Assembly (NCBI GenBank): GCA_965279325.1
Contig: OZ257154.1
Coordinates: 5,030,510 to 5,094,509 of the forward strand
Reading direction: 5' to 3'
From: Burkholderiales bacterium
GTDB lineage: Bacteria; Pseudomonadota; Gammaproteobacteria; Burkholderiales; Ga0077523
DNA length: 64,000 nt
Shown here: piece after piece, positions 18,228-26,440 of the stretch
How positions within the stretch are numbered: position 1 is the stretch's first letter
How the letters are laid out: each line of letters starts with the position of its first letter
Notes under the pieces: generated by a model
Database searches by the model: none
What the model saw: only the letters and a program-made list of their open reading frames with translations
What the model was told of the DNA's origin: nothing
Position numbers and translations under genes: made by a program

Positions 18228-19415
18228 ATGGATCTCCCCGCGAAACGCATTCTTCCCGTCGATTCCGAACACGCGACCCTGATCGGACGTGCCTGGGTGC
18301 CCGGCCCACTGCCCGGACCGAGCCCCGTCATCATCCACGCGGGCAAGGCGCACGACATCAGCCTCGCGACCGCCACGGTCGCCGACCTGCTCAACGCGGA
18401 CGATCCCGTCGGCAGGGCGCGCGCCGCCCTTGCCAACGGCAGGGCGCAGCCCATCGGCGATGTCGGTGCGATGCTCGAGAACAGTCGCGCCGATGCGCGC
18501 GATCCGGAGCGTCCGTACTTCCTGTCCCCGTGCGACCTGCAAGCCATCCGTGCGTGCGGCGTCACGTTCGTCGCGAGCATGCTGGAGCGTGTCATCGAAG
18601 AGCACGCCAAGGGCGATCCTGCGCAGGCCGACGAGATCCGAAACACGCTTGGCCGCGAGATCGGCAAATCGCTCTCCACCGTGAAGCCGGGTTCGAAGGA
18701 GGCCATGCGAGTGAAGGCGCTGCTGGTGGAGCGCGATCTGTGGTCGCAGTACCTCGAGGTCGGGATCGGTCCCGACGCCGAAGTGTTCAACAAGGCGCAA
18801 CCGCTATCGGCTGTCGGCGTAGGGGCCGACATCGGCGTGCTGGAGAACTCGTCGTGGAACAACCCCGAGCCCGAAGTGGTGCTGGCGGTGAACAGCCGCG
18901 GCACCATCGTCGGCGCGGCACTCGGCAACGATGTGAACCTGCGCGATTGGGAAGGGCGCAGTGCGTTGCTGCTCGGCCGCGCGAAGGACAACAACGCGAG
19001 CTGTGCGATCGGCCCTTTCATCCGTCTGCTCGATGATGATTTCACCATCGATGCATTGCGGCGCACCGAAGTGGAAGTGGAGGTGGCGGGCCAGTCCGAC
19101 GGCTTCAAGGTGCAGGGTCGCTATTCGCTGACGCAGATCAGCCGCGATCCGACGGATCTCGCAGGCCAGGCGATCGGCGTGAATCACCAGTATCCCGACG
19201 GCTTGATGCTGTTCCTCGGCACCGCTTTCGCGCCCACCCAGGATCGCGGCGAGCGCGGTCACGGCTTCACGCACAAGCTGGGCGACGTGGTGACGGTGCG
19301 CAGCCGGGAACTCGGTGCCCTGGTCAATCGCGTTCAGCATTGTCATCGCATTGCACCGTGGACGTTCGGCGTCTCGGCGCTCATGCGCAACCTCTCGGAG
19401 CGAGGCCTCATCTAG
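18228..19415 (+). CDS. Fumarylacetoacetate hydrolase family protein
   Basis: ATG at 18228 inside ORF 18105..19415, 10 nt after the upstream stop. About 395 aa, FAH-like by eye. Confidence 0.6.
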   Translation: MDLPAKRILPVDSEHATLIGRAWVPGPLPGPSPVIIHAGKAHDISLATATVADLLNADDPVGRARAALANGRAQPIGDVGAMLENSRADARDPERPYFLSPCDLQAIRACGVTFVASMLERVIEEHAKGDPAQADEIRNTLGREIGKSLSTVKPGSKEAMRVKALLVERDLWSQYLEVGIGPDAEVFNKAQPLSAVGVGADIGVLENSSWNNPEPEVVLAVNSRGTIVGAALGNDVNLRDWEGRSALLLGRAKDNNASCAIGPFIRLLDDDFTIDALRRTEVEVEVAGQSDGFKVQGRYSLTQISRDPTDLAGQAIGVNHQYPDGLMLFLGTAFAPTQDRGERGHGFTHKLGDVVTVRSRELGALVNRVQHCHRIAPWTFGVSALMRNLSERGLI

Positions 19416-19667
19416 GCGTCATTCGCGGCGCAGATTGCTGCGGTGCACAGTGCGTCGATCCGGCATGGCGTTGGCATGTTCGCTTAGCGCACACGCATTC
19501 CATGGGTATTGCGCGGCGATTGGGCAGGCGTATGATTCCCGCGTGTTTTGGGGTCAGGTAGTCGTCGGAACGGAAGCGCCATGCACGCCTTGTACGCACG
19601 GTCTTGCCACCCAACACAACAGAGCGGGTGGCAACCCGAACGTTCAACTCCAGGGAGGGAGGTCGAC
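19416..19667 (+). promoter_or_regulatory. Promoter plus long structured 5' leader of cspA
   Basis: 252-nt non-coding gap before cspA. Contains the hairpin TTGCCACCC/GGGTGGCAA (about 19602-19633) and a GGGAGGGAGG SD. Long leaders are typical of cspA-family genes. Promoter not located. Confidence 0.35.
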
Positions 19668-19871
19668 ATGGCAACCGGTACCGTCAAGTGGTTCAACGAC
19701 GCGAAGGGGTTCGGGTTCATTACCCCGGACGACAAGAGCGAGGACGTGTTTGCGCATTTTTCGGCGATCAAGATGAACGGCTTCAAGTCCCTCAAGGAAG
19801 GCCAGCGCGTCAGCTTCGAGGTGACCACGGGCCCGAAGGGCAAGCAGGCCTCCAACATCCAGGCCGTCTGA
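19668..19871 (+). CDS. cspA: Cold-shock protein, CspA family
   Basis: [31 protein letters not shown] with RNP1/RNP2 motifs, 67 aa. Confidence 0.95.
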   Translation: MATGTVKWFNDAKGFGFITPDDKSEDVFAHFSAIKMNGFKSLKEGQRVSFEVTTGPKGKQASNIQAV

Positions 19872-19901
19872 AATCTAAACTGTCCGAAACGCCTTCGAAG
19901 A

Positions 19902-19926
19902 GCCCGCCGCCGGCGGGTTTTTTTAT
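19902..19926 (+). terminator. Rho-independent terminator after cspA
   Basis: CCCGCC-GCC-GGCGGG hairpin followed by a T7 run. Confidence 0.75.
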
Positions 19927-20000
19927 GTCCGTTGAACTCGCGCGCGATCTCCCGGGATGTTCTACTTCCGTCCGTTGCACTCGAAACTGAAATTGACCCG

Positions 20001-21209
20001 ATGACGATCACCGTTTCCGATGTCCGTGCCGCCGCGCTCGTCCTCACCGGCCACATCGCATCCACTCCTTGCCTGCATTCGCGCACGCTGTCCGAGATCA
20101 CCGGCGCGGAGGTCTGGCTCAAGTTCGAGAACCACCAGTTCACGGCTTCGTTCAAGGAACGTGGCGCACTCAACAAGCTGGTCTCGCTGGATGCCGCCCA
20201 ACGGGCTGCGGGCGTCATCGCCGTCTCCGCCGGTAACCACGCGCAGGGTGTTGCGTATCACGCGAAGCGCCTGGGTATTCCCGCGGTGATCGTGATGCCG
20301 CGTTTCACTCCGCATGTGAAGGTCGAACAGACGCGCGCCCACGGCGCGGAAGTGATCCTCGCGGGCGAGAACTTCGACGACGCGCACACGCATGCCATGC
20401 AGGTGATGGCGGAACGCCGTCTCACGCTCGTTCATCCTTACGATGACGAGAAGGTCATCGCCGGGCAGGGCACGATCGCGCTGGAAATGCTCGACGCGTC
20501 ACCCGATCTGGAAACGCTGATCGTTCCGATCGGCGGCGGCGGAATGATCTCGGGCATGGCCGTGGCGGCGAAGGCGATCAAGCCCGGCATCGAGATCGTC
20601 GGCGTGCAGACCGAACGGTTTCCCTCGATGCTGTGCGCGATCGAGAAGCGCACGCCGACCTTCGGCGCGAGCACGCTCGCGGATGGAATCGCCGTGAAAC
20701 AGCCGGGGACGCTGACGCTCGAACTCGTGAAGCAGCTGGTCGATGCCATCGTGCTCGTCGACGAAGGCGACATCGAGGCCGCGATCCTGCTGTTGCTGGA
20801 GATCGAGAAGACCGTCGTCGAAGGCGCGGGCGGCACGGGTCTAGCGGCGCTCATCAAGAACCGTGATCGCTTCAAAGGCAGGCGCGTCGGCCTCGTCCTG
20901 TGTGGCGGCAACATCGATCCGCTCACGCTCGCCGACGTGATCCAGCGCGGCATGGTGCGCACGGGACGGCTGACCCGGCTTGCAGTCACGTTGCGCGATT
21001 TGCCCGGGTCCCTTGCGAAGGTGACGGCCGCCATCGCAGAGGCGAACGCGAACATCGAGGAAGTGCATCACCAGCGGGCTTTCACCAATCTCCCGCTACA
21101 GGAGACGGAGGTGGAGTTCGTGCTCGAGACGCGCAACTTCGCGCACGTTGAACAGGTGATCGCGCGGCTGAAGGCGTTGGGTTTCGACGCCCGCCTCGAC
21201 AACGACTGA
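20001..21209 (+). CDS. ilvA: Threonine ammonia-lyase (PLP-dependent, single C-terminal regulatory domain)
   Basis: ATG at 20001. PLP-lysine motif FENHQFTASFKERGA, plus GNHAQGVA. ACT-like tail. Confidence 0.85.
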   Translation: MTITVSDVRAAALVLTGHIASTPCLHSRTLSEITGAEVWLKFENHQFTASFKERGALNKLVSLDAAQRAAGVIAVSAGNHAQGVAYHAKRLGIPAVIVMPRFTPHVKVEQTRAHGAEVILAGENFDDAHTHAMQVMAERRLTLVHPYDDEKVIAGQGTIALEMLDASPDLETLIVPIGGGGMISGMAVAAKAIKPGIEIVGVQTERFPSMLCAIEKRTPTFGASTLADGIAVKQPGTLTLELVKQLVDAIVLVDEGDIEAAILLLLEIEKTVVEGAGGTGLAALIKNRDRFKGRRVGLVLCGGNIDPLTLADVIQRGMVRTGRLTRLAVTLRDLPGSLAKVTAAIAEANANIEEVHHQRAFTNLPLQETEVEFVLETRNFAHVEQVIARLKALGFDARLDND

Positions 21210-21446
21210 GTGGCCGGTGGTCCGGCGTTTGCATAGTGGGCGGCCGGCGGGCTGAATCCACCGTTGCGCAATGAACACGTTCAAGACGTTGGTATTTGTT
21301 CCAGCGCTTGATCGATGGTGGTCGATGCTCGCCTCATAGGGGCGGCAGGATCAGTCGGCCCGAAAAAACTGTGTAGTCCCACTATCAACAGGGCGATTCG
21401 GGGAAGAGCACGGCCCTGTCGAAAAACCTGACAGAAGGGGTACGAC

Positions 21447-22535
21447 ATGAGGCAATACCGGAGGTCCGGTCGCGGACTGATGCTGGCGATGGCGGCCATG
21501 CTGAGCGTGTGGGGTCTGCGCGCGGAGGCGGTTACCTACAACGTGACGATCGTGCAGTTCGAGACCGGCCTGGAGTCGCACGATTTCAATACCAACATCA
21601 CCACCGGACAAGTGACCGGCATCGTGAAGAGTTCCAACTTGCCCCTGGCGCTCACCACCAGCAGCGCGAGCTATACAGGGTCTGCGTCGCAGTCCATGGA
21701 TTCCTTCAACTACCCGAACGGTCTCGGCGGTAGCTGGACTTTGTCGGATGGCGGAGGGAATTCGTTGTCGGGCGGCTTCGACAACCTGCGGCGTTTCTAC
21801 AGTTCTCCCGGTGCGCCGATGCCTCGAGGAACGGGAACCACGACCATCGGCGGTGGCATCGGCGTGTTCGAAGACGCGACCGGCGGCGGAACGTTCGAAG
21901 TGTTCGCGCGCGACTACAGCTATTTCGACTTCAATACGCAAACAAGCTACCAGGCCTATCAGCAAGTCGTGGTCAACCGCATGCAGATCACGCTGCCCAA
22001 CGGGCCTGACCAAACCGATACGCGGAACGTGGCTGTCAGCGTGCGAATCGGCATGAACGATCGGACGAACGAGACGGGCGTGAATATCGGCGGACCCACC
22101 TCGGACGATGCGCCGGCGTCCAACCCGCGACTCACGCAACTGCGTGCCGAGTACGAGTATGGCGGGCCGGGTCCGCACGACGGCCTCAGTTTCGGGCGCA
22201 ACATCGCCGGCGACGGCCTGGACTGGGCGTATCAGTTTCCGTCGGGCGCTTCGATTCCTGCCCTGGATGGCGGATCCTACTTCTTCGAGTCGTTCGGCAC
22301 CGCGCAGGTCCTGCAAGGGCACGGCTTCTACGAAGGCTACACCGGTGAGTCCGAGTGGCAGGCGTTCGAGGCCTGGATGTTCGACGTCACGCCGGAGCGC
22401 GGCACCTACTCCAACGTGGTGATCGATCGCTACACGTTGCAGGCGCCCGTTCCCGAGCCCGAGACGTACGCACTCATGCTGGCCGGCTTGGGCCTACTCG
22501 GCCTTTCCGCACGGCGTCGTCTGTCGGGTCGATGA
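21447..22535 (+). CDS. PEP-CTERM sorting-domain protein (hypothetical body)
   Basis: Signal peptide. C-terminus VPEPETYALMLAGLGLLGLSARRR is a classical PEP-CTERM (PEP motif, TM helix, Arg cluster). Confidence 0.8.
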   Translation: MRQYRRSGRGLMLAMAAMLSVWGLRAEAVTYNVTIVQFETGLESHDFNTNITTGQVTGIVKSSNLPLALTTSSASYTGSASQSMDSFNYPNGLGGSWTLSDGGGNSLSGGFDNLRRFYSSPGAPMPRGTGTTTIGGGIGVFEDATGGGTFEVFARDYSYFDFNTQTSYQAYQQVVVNRMQITLPNGPDQTDTRNVAVSVRIGMNDRTNETGVNIGGPTSDDAPASNPRLTQLRAEYEYGGPGPHDGLSFGRNIAGDGLDWAYQFPSGASIPALDGGSYFFESFGTAQVLQGHGFYEGYTGESEWQAFEAWMFDVTPERGTYSNVVIDRYTLQAPVPEPETYALMLAGLGLLGLSARRRLSGR

Positions 22536-22544
22536 TGTTCCCTG

Positions 22545-22577
22545 CCGGGTCGCGCTCGCACTCGCACCGCGACCCGG
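22545..22577 (+). terminator. Stem-loop after the PEP-CTERM gene (possible terminator)
   Basis: Perfect 10-bp stem CCGGGTCGCG/CGCGACCCGG with a 13-nt loop. No T-tract follows. Confidence 0.3.
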
Positions 22578-22626
22578 TGTAGTGAACTAGGGAGGTCAGC
22601 GGGGCCGGCCTCGCGACGCTTGCTGC

Positions 22627-23049
22627 TCAGCGTTCTGCGGCGTCTCCGCCGCAGGCCCTGATCGGTGCGAGCACGAGCGTGCGAGCGGCGTCACGGTGTG
22701 GCGCCACCGCGTCGAAGGCATAGACCACGCGCGCGTTGCGCCCGTCGCGCGGGGAGAACTCGTACCACGCCTTGAACTCGGGGCCGGTGGCATCGGAAGC
22801 CGGAATGCTCACCGCGACTTCCAGGACCGGCAGTTCGGCATCCAGCTTCGTCTCCAGCAACCTGGCTCCTGCGCGCTCCGCGGCGTCCGCCACGCAGGTC
22901 GACGCACGCCCCGAAGAGCTGGGGACGATCGCTTCTTCCCGGTCGCGGCGGCCGCGCAGGGCGTCGATGGCAGGTGTGCAGGCTGCCAGCGTGAGTAACA
23001 CGCAACCCGACAACACGGTCGCGCGCACCGGGGCAGCGACACGACTCAC
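22627..23049 (-). CDS. Hypothetical lipoprotein (paralog B of a tandem pair)
   Basis: GTG at 23049 overlaps the upstream stop (GTGA). Lipobox LLTLAAC. Shares the C-terminal pattern Y.F/MSP.DG...V.Y..DA......L.L.PI..CGG with paralog A. Confidence 0.5.
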   Translation of the reverse strand: MSRVAAPVRATVLSGCVLLTLAACTPAIDALRGRRDREEAIVPSSSGRASTCVADAAERAGARLLETKLDAELPVLEVAVSIPASDATGPEFKAWYEFSPRDGRNARVVYAFDAVAPHRDAARTLVLAPIRACGGDAAER

Positions 23050-23447
23050 TTGCGCGTGCCGGCGCAGCGCTCGATCGGGTCGAACGCGTCGAGTTCGAGG
23101 CGCTTGGTGCCATCCCGAGGTGCGTCGACCCGGTAGCGCACACGCGTGGACTGGCCGTCGGGCGACACCATTTCGTATCGCACGCGGACCGTCTTGCCCG
23201 CGGCCGGAGGCAGGTTCACGTTCACGTAGACGGTCCAGCGAGCGGTATCTTCGACGACCTCGGGTATGACGCCGAATTGCGCTTCCGCCTCGCGCGTGAC
23301 GCAGGGGACCGAGCCCAGGAGGGACTGCGGAATCGTGGCGGTCTTGCCGCCGAAGAAGTTGCCGGTGGCGGAGTCGAGGGTGGAGCAGGCTGTCGCAAGG
23401 AGTACTACTCCGCCAGTTAGCAGTGTCGATAGCAATGACCAGCTCAC
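23046..23447 (-). CDS. Hypothetical lipoprotein (paralog A of a tandem pair)
   Basis: GTG at 23447 with GGAGG 8 nt upstream. Lipobox LLATAC. The longer track ORFs (to 23579 and 23508) lack signal logic. Confidence 0.5.
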   Translation of the reverse strand: MSWSLLSTLLTGGVVLLATACSTLDSATGNFFGGKTATIPQSLLGSVPCVTREAEAQFGVIPEVVEDTARWTVYVNVNLPPAAGKTVRVRYEMVSPDGQSTRVRYRVDAPRDGTKRLELDAFDPIERCAGTRK

Positions 23448-23557
23448 GCCGCCGCCTCCGAACGATTGACTGAATGCACAGCGGAGTCGTGTCGGCGGCC
23501 CGCCGCACTCGGCTGGCCGTCGATCCCCGGCGTAGCCGGGGCCCCTCGCCGGGTGCC

Positions 23558-24757
23558 TCATGCGGCGCTCGGAAAACAAGCCGGCCCCAATGGTTCGAAA
23601 CTCTTGTAAGTCAAGATGAACTCCTGATGCCCGAGCACTTCGGAACGCGTCTTCTCACCGTCGGCGACACGAAGTACGAGATCGTGGATCTCCCGCCCGA
23701 CGTCGTCGAGACTCGCACGACCTTCGAGGATGCGACCGGCATCCACGTCCATGTCGTCGGACAGGCGCCGGAAGGTGTCGGGATTCGCGCAGACCTTGAT
23801 GACCGGTGACAGCGCGGAGCCCACCACCGAGCCGCGGCCGGTGGAGAACAGGATCACGTGGCTGCCGCACGCGATCAGTTCCGCGATCTCCGCGTTGTCG
23901 CTGATGTTGGGAAATCCGAAGCGCGGTTCGCCGTCCGGTACCACATCGAGCAGGTACAGCCCGCCGCCGACCGGCACATCGCCCGGCTTGATGATCCCGG
24001 AGATGGTCGACTGTCCTGACTTGGCGTAGGCACCGAGGGATTTTTCCTCGATGGTGGTGAGCCCGCCGTCCGCGTTCCCTGGACCGATGCTCGCGTGACC
24101 GTAGGTGGCGTAGTACTGCGCGGCCTTCGCCACGGTCTTCACGATCTCCTCGCCCAACGCCGGATGCTGCGCGCGCTCGGCCATCCAATGCTCCATGCCG
24201 ATCAGCTCGCCGGTTTCCTCGAAGATGCAGGTGGCGTTCTTCTCCACCAGGAAATCGAAGGCGCGGCCCATGGCGGGATTCGCCGTGAGGCCGCTGGTCG
24301 CATCGGAGCCGCCGCAGATCGTGCCGACGATCAGCTCGTCGATCTCCATCGTCGCGCGAGGCGTGTTCTCCAGTTGCTGCAGCGTCTGCGCGACCCAGGC
24401 CTGGCCTTCCGCGATGGTGCTGCGGGTGCCGCCGGCCTCCTGGATCACGAGCAGCTTCACCGGGCGGCCGGACTCGCGGATCGTCTCCATCAGCCGGCCC
24501 TTGTTGAAGCCTTCACAGCCGAGCGAGACGAGCAGCACCGCGCCCACGTTCGGGTGCGTGCACAGGCGCTCCAGCATCTTGTGCGAATACGCATTCGGAA
24601 AGCAGCCGGGGAATCCGATCAAGTGTGCGCCGCGTTCGCGGTACGGATAGGCGATCTCGCGCGACACGTGGTGCGCGCACTCGACCAGATACGCGACCGC
24701 GACGACGTTCCGGATGCCTTTGCGGCCGTCGTTCCGCAACCAGGCGTTGATGGTCAT
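23558..24757 (-). CDS. UxaA-family (altronate/galactarate dehydratase-like) large subunit
   Basis: Family-typical N-terminus RNDGRKGIRN, plus SLGCE, GTICGGSDATSG, FSTGRGS. Start overlaps the stop of the small-subunit gene. Confidence 0.85.
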   Translation of the reverse strand: MTINAWLRNDGRKGIRNVVAVAYLVECAHHVSREIAYPYRERGAHLIGFPGCFPNAYSHKMLERLCTHPNVGAVLLVSLGCEGFNKGRLMETIRESGRPVKLLVIQEAGGTRSTIAEGQAWVAQTLQQLENTPRATMEIDELIVGTICGGSDATSGLTANPAMGRAFDFLVEKNATCIFEETGELIGMEHWMAERAQHPALGEEIVKTVAKAAQYYATYGHASIGPGNADGGLTTIEEKSLGAYAKSGQSTISGIIKPGDVPVGGGLYLLDVVPDGEPRFGFPNISDNAEIAELIACGSHVILFSTGRGSVVGSALSPVIKVCANPDTFRRLSDDMDVDAGRILEGRASLDDVGREIHDLVLRVADGEKTRSEVLGHQEFILTYKSFEPLGPACFPSAA

Positions 24758-25092
24758 CAGTGGTTCTCCGCGGGGAAAGTGTGGCCCTCGTCCAGGGTGT
24801 ACGTGGGAATGTAGTCGCTCGCGATGTTCTGCAGGTGCATGGGTTCGCCGGGTGCGATGTCCGCCGTCGCACGGCCGATGGGCGCAGAGTACTTGAGAAC
24901 GCGCTCGCCCTTGGCAACGGGCCGGAACGCGAATTTGTGGCCGGTGAGCACGCGCTCGCGCAAGGTGACGGCGTGGCCCTGCACGACCAGTCGGAGGCCG
25001 GCGTCGAGATCGCGGCGGGCGATCGCTACATTGTCGCCGGGTGCGAGCACCAGGACGCGCTCGTCGGTATCGGATGAGGTGATGGAAGCCAT
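24757..25092 (-). CDS. UxaA-family small (SAF domain) subunit
   Basis: 111 aa. DNVAIARRDL..G pattern of the SAF N-terminal domain of UxaA/GarD. Coupled to the large subunit. Confidence 0.8.
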   Translation of the reverse strand: MASITSSDTDERVLVLAPGDNVAIARRDLDAGLRLVVQGHAVTLRERVLTGHKFAFRPVAKGERVLKYSAPIGRATADIAPGEPMHLQNIASDYIPTYTLDEGHTFPAENH

Positions 25093-25093
25093 T

Positions 25094-26311
25094 CTACTTG
25101 CCGGCCTTCGTGATGCGCACGGTCGCGTCCTTGCGCTTCGCCACGCCGGGCAACAGCTTGAGGCCGAGCCCTGGACCCTTCGGTGCGCTGATGTAGCCGT
25201 CCTTCACTGGTGGCAGTTGCGTGACGAGGGTCGGATACCAGTCGTAGTAGAAGGCCCGCACCATTTCCTGCACCAGCGTGTTCGGGCAATTGAGCGACAG
25301 GTGCACCGACGCGGTCAGCATCACCGGCCCGGTGCAATCGTGCGGCGCCACGGGCAGTGCCCACGCCTCGGCCATGGTGGCGATCTTCTTCGATTCCGAA
25401 AGGCCTCCAGTCCACCCGACGTCGAGCATGCAAACTGAAACCGCCTGCTTCTGGAACAGGTCGCGGAACCCCCACCGCGACCCGAGCGTCTCGCTCGCCG
25501 TGACCCAGACGTTGGTGCGATGCGCGTAGTCGGCCAGCGCATCGAGGTTGTTCATCTTCACCGGATCCTCGTACCAGAACGGGTCGAACTCCTCGAGCGC
25601 CTCCGCGATGCGGATCGCGGGGGGCAACTGCCACATGGAATGGAACTCCACGTGGATGTCCATCTTGTCGCCCACGGCCTTGCGGATCTTCTCGAAGGGC
25701 TTCATCGCCTTCTTCAGGTCGGCATTGGAGATGTAGGTGCCGTTCGAGGCTTCGGCCGCCGTGTCGAAGGGCCAGATCTTCATGCCGGTGATGCCCATGT
25801 CGAGCAGGCTCTCGGCCAGGGTGCCGGCGTCGGTCAGGAAGCCCTGCAGGTCTTCGTAAGGGCGCTTCTTCTTGTCGATCTTCGCGGGCAGGCCGAAGTT
25901 TTCCGTGCCCTGGGTCGGCTTGGCGCGCACGTACTGGTAACCGGCGCAGGTGTTGTAGACGCGCACCTTGTCGCGCGAGGCACCGCCCAGCAATTGATAG
26001 ATCGGCTGGCTGGTCACCTGGCCGAACAGATCCCAGAGTGCGATGTCGATCGCGGAGGCGGCGCGCATCTCCACGCCGACGCTGTTGAAGCCCAGGTAGG
26101 TATTGAGGAAGTGGTGCGAGATCTTGTCGATCTCGAGCGGATTCCTGCCGAGCAGCCACGGCGCGCAGGTCTCGTGGATATGCGCCGCCACCGGCGCCAC
26201 CGCGTAGAACGTCTCGCCCAGACCCACCAGCCCCTCGTCGGTGTGGATGTGCACCCACAACAGGTTCGGGAATTCCTCGAGCTGGATGGTCTCGACGGCG
26301 GTGATTTTCAT
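25094..26311 (-). CDS. Enolase-superfamily (mandelate racemase/muconate lactonizing enzyme family) acid-sugar dehydratase
   Basis: MKITAVETIQL....LWVHIHTDEGLVGLGETF N-terminal capping-domain pattern. 405 aa. Ends 1 nt before the UxaA small subunit. Confidence 0.85.
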   Translation of the reverse strand: MKITAVETIQLEEFPNLLWVHIHTDEGLVGLGETFYAVAPVAAHIHETCAPWLLGRNPLEIDKISHHFLNTYLGFNSVGVEMRAASAIDIALWDLFGQVTSQPIYQLLGGASRDKVRVYNTCAGYQYVRAKPTQGTENFGLPAKIDKKKRPYEDLQGFLTDAGTLAESLLDMGITGMKIWPFDTAAEASNGTYISNADLKKAMKPFEKIRKAVGDKMDIHVEFHSMWQLPPAIRIAEALEEFDPFWYEDPVKMNNLDALADYAHRTNVWVTASETLGSRWGFRDLFQKQAVSVCMLDVGWTGGLSESKKIATMAEAWALPVAPHDCTGPVMLTASVHLSLNCPNTLVQEMVRAFYYDWYPTLVTQLPPVKDGYISAPKGPGLGLKLLPGVAKRKDATVRITKAGK

Positions 26312-26440
26312 GATTTTCGCTCTCCCCTCGATCTGGCCTCAGAATCCATGATTGTACCCAGCGCTCCGGCGACCCGCGCCTCCAGAATCGATTGCGACGT
26401 GCCGTCGGGCCTTCTCCAACCGGACATGACGAGGGAATCG

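Noticed and set aside
25520-26440. 5' extension of the PQQ dehydrogenase ORF (the track gives 903 aa from 25520).
   Set aside because: The first ~300 codons are antisense to the well-supported enolase-superfamily gene and have no quinoprotein similarity. A signal peptide and SD-supported ATG occur at 26441.
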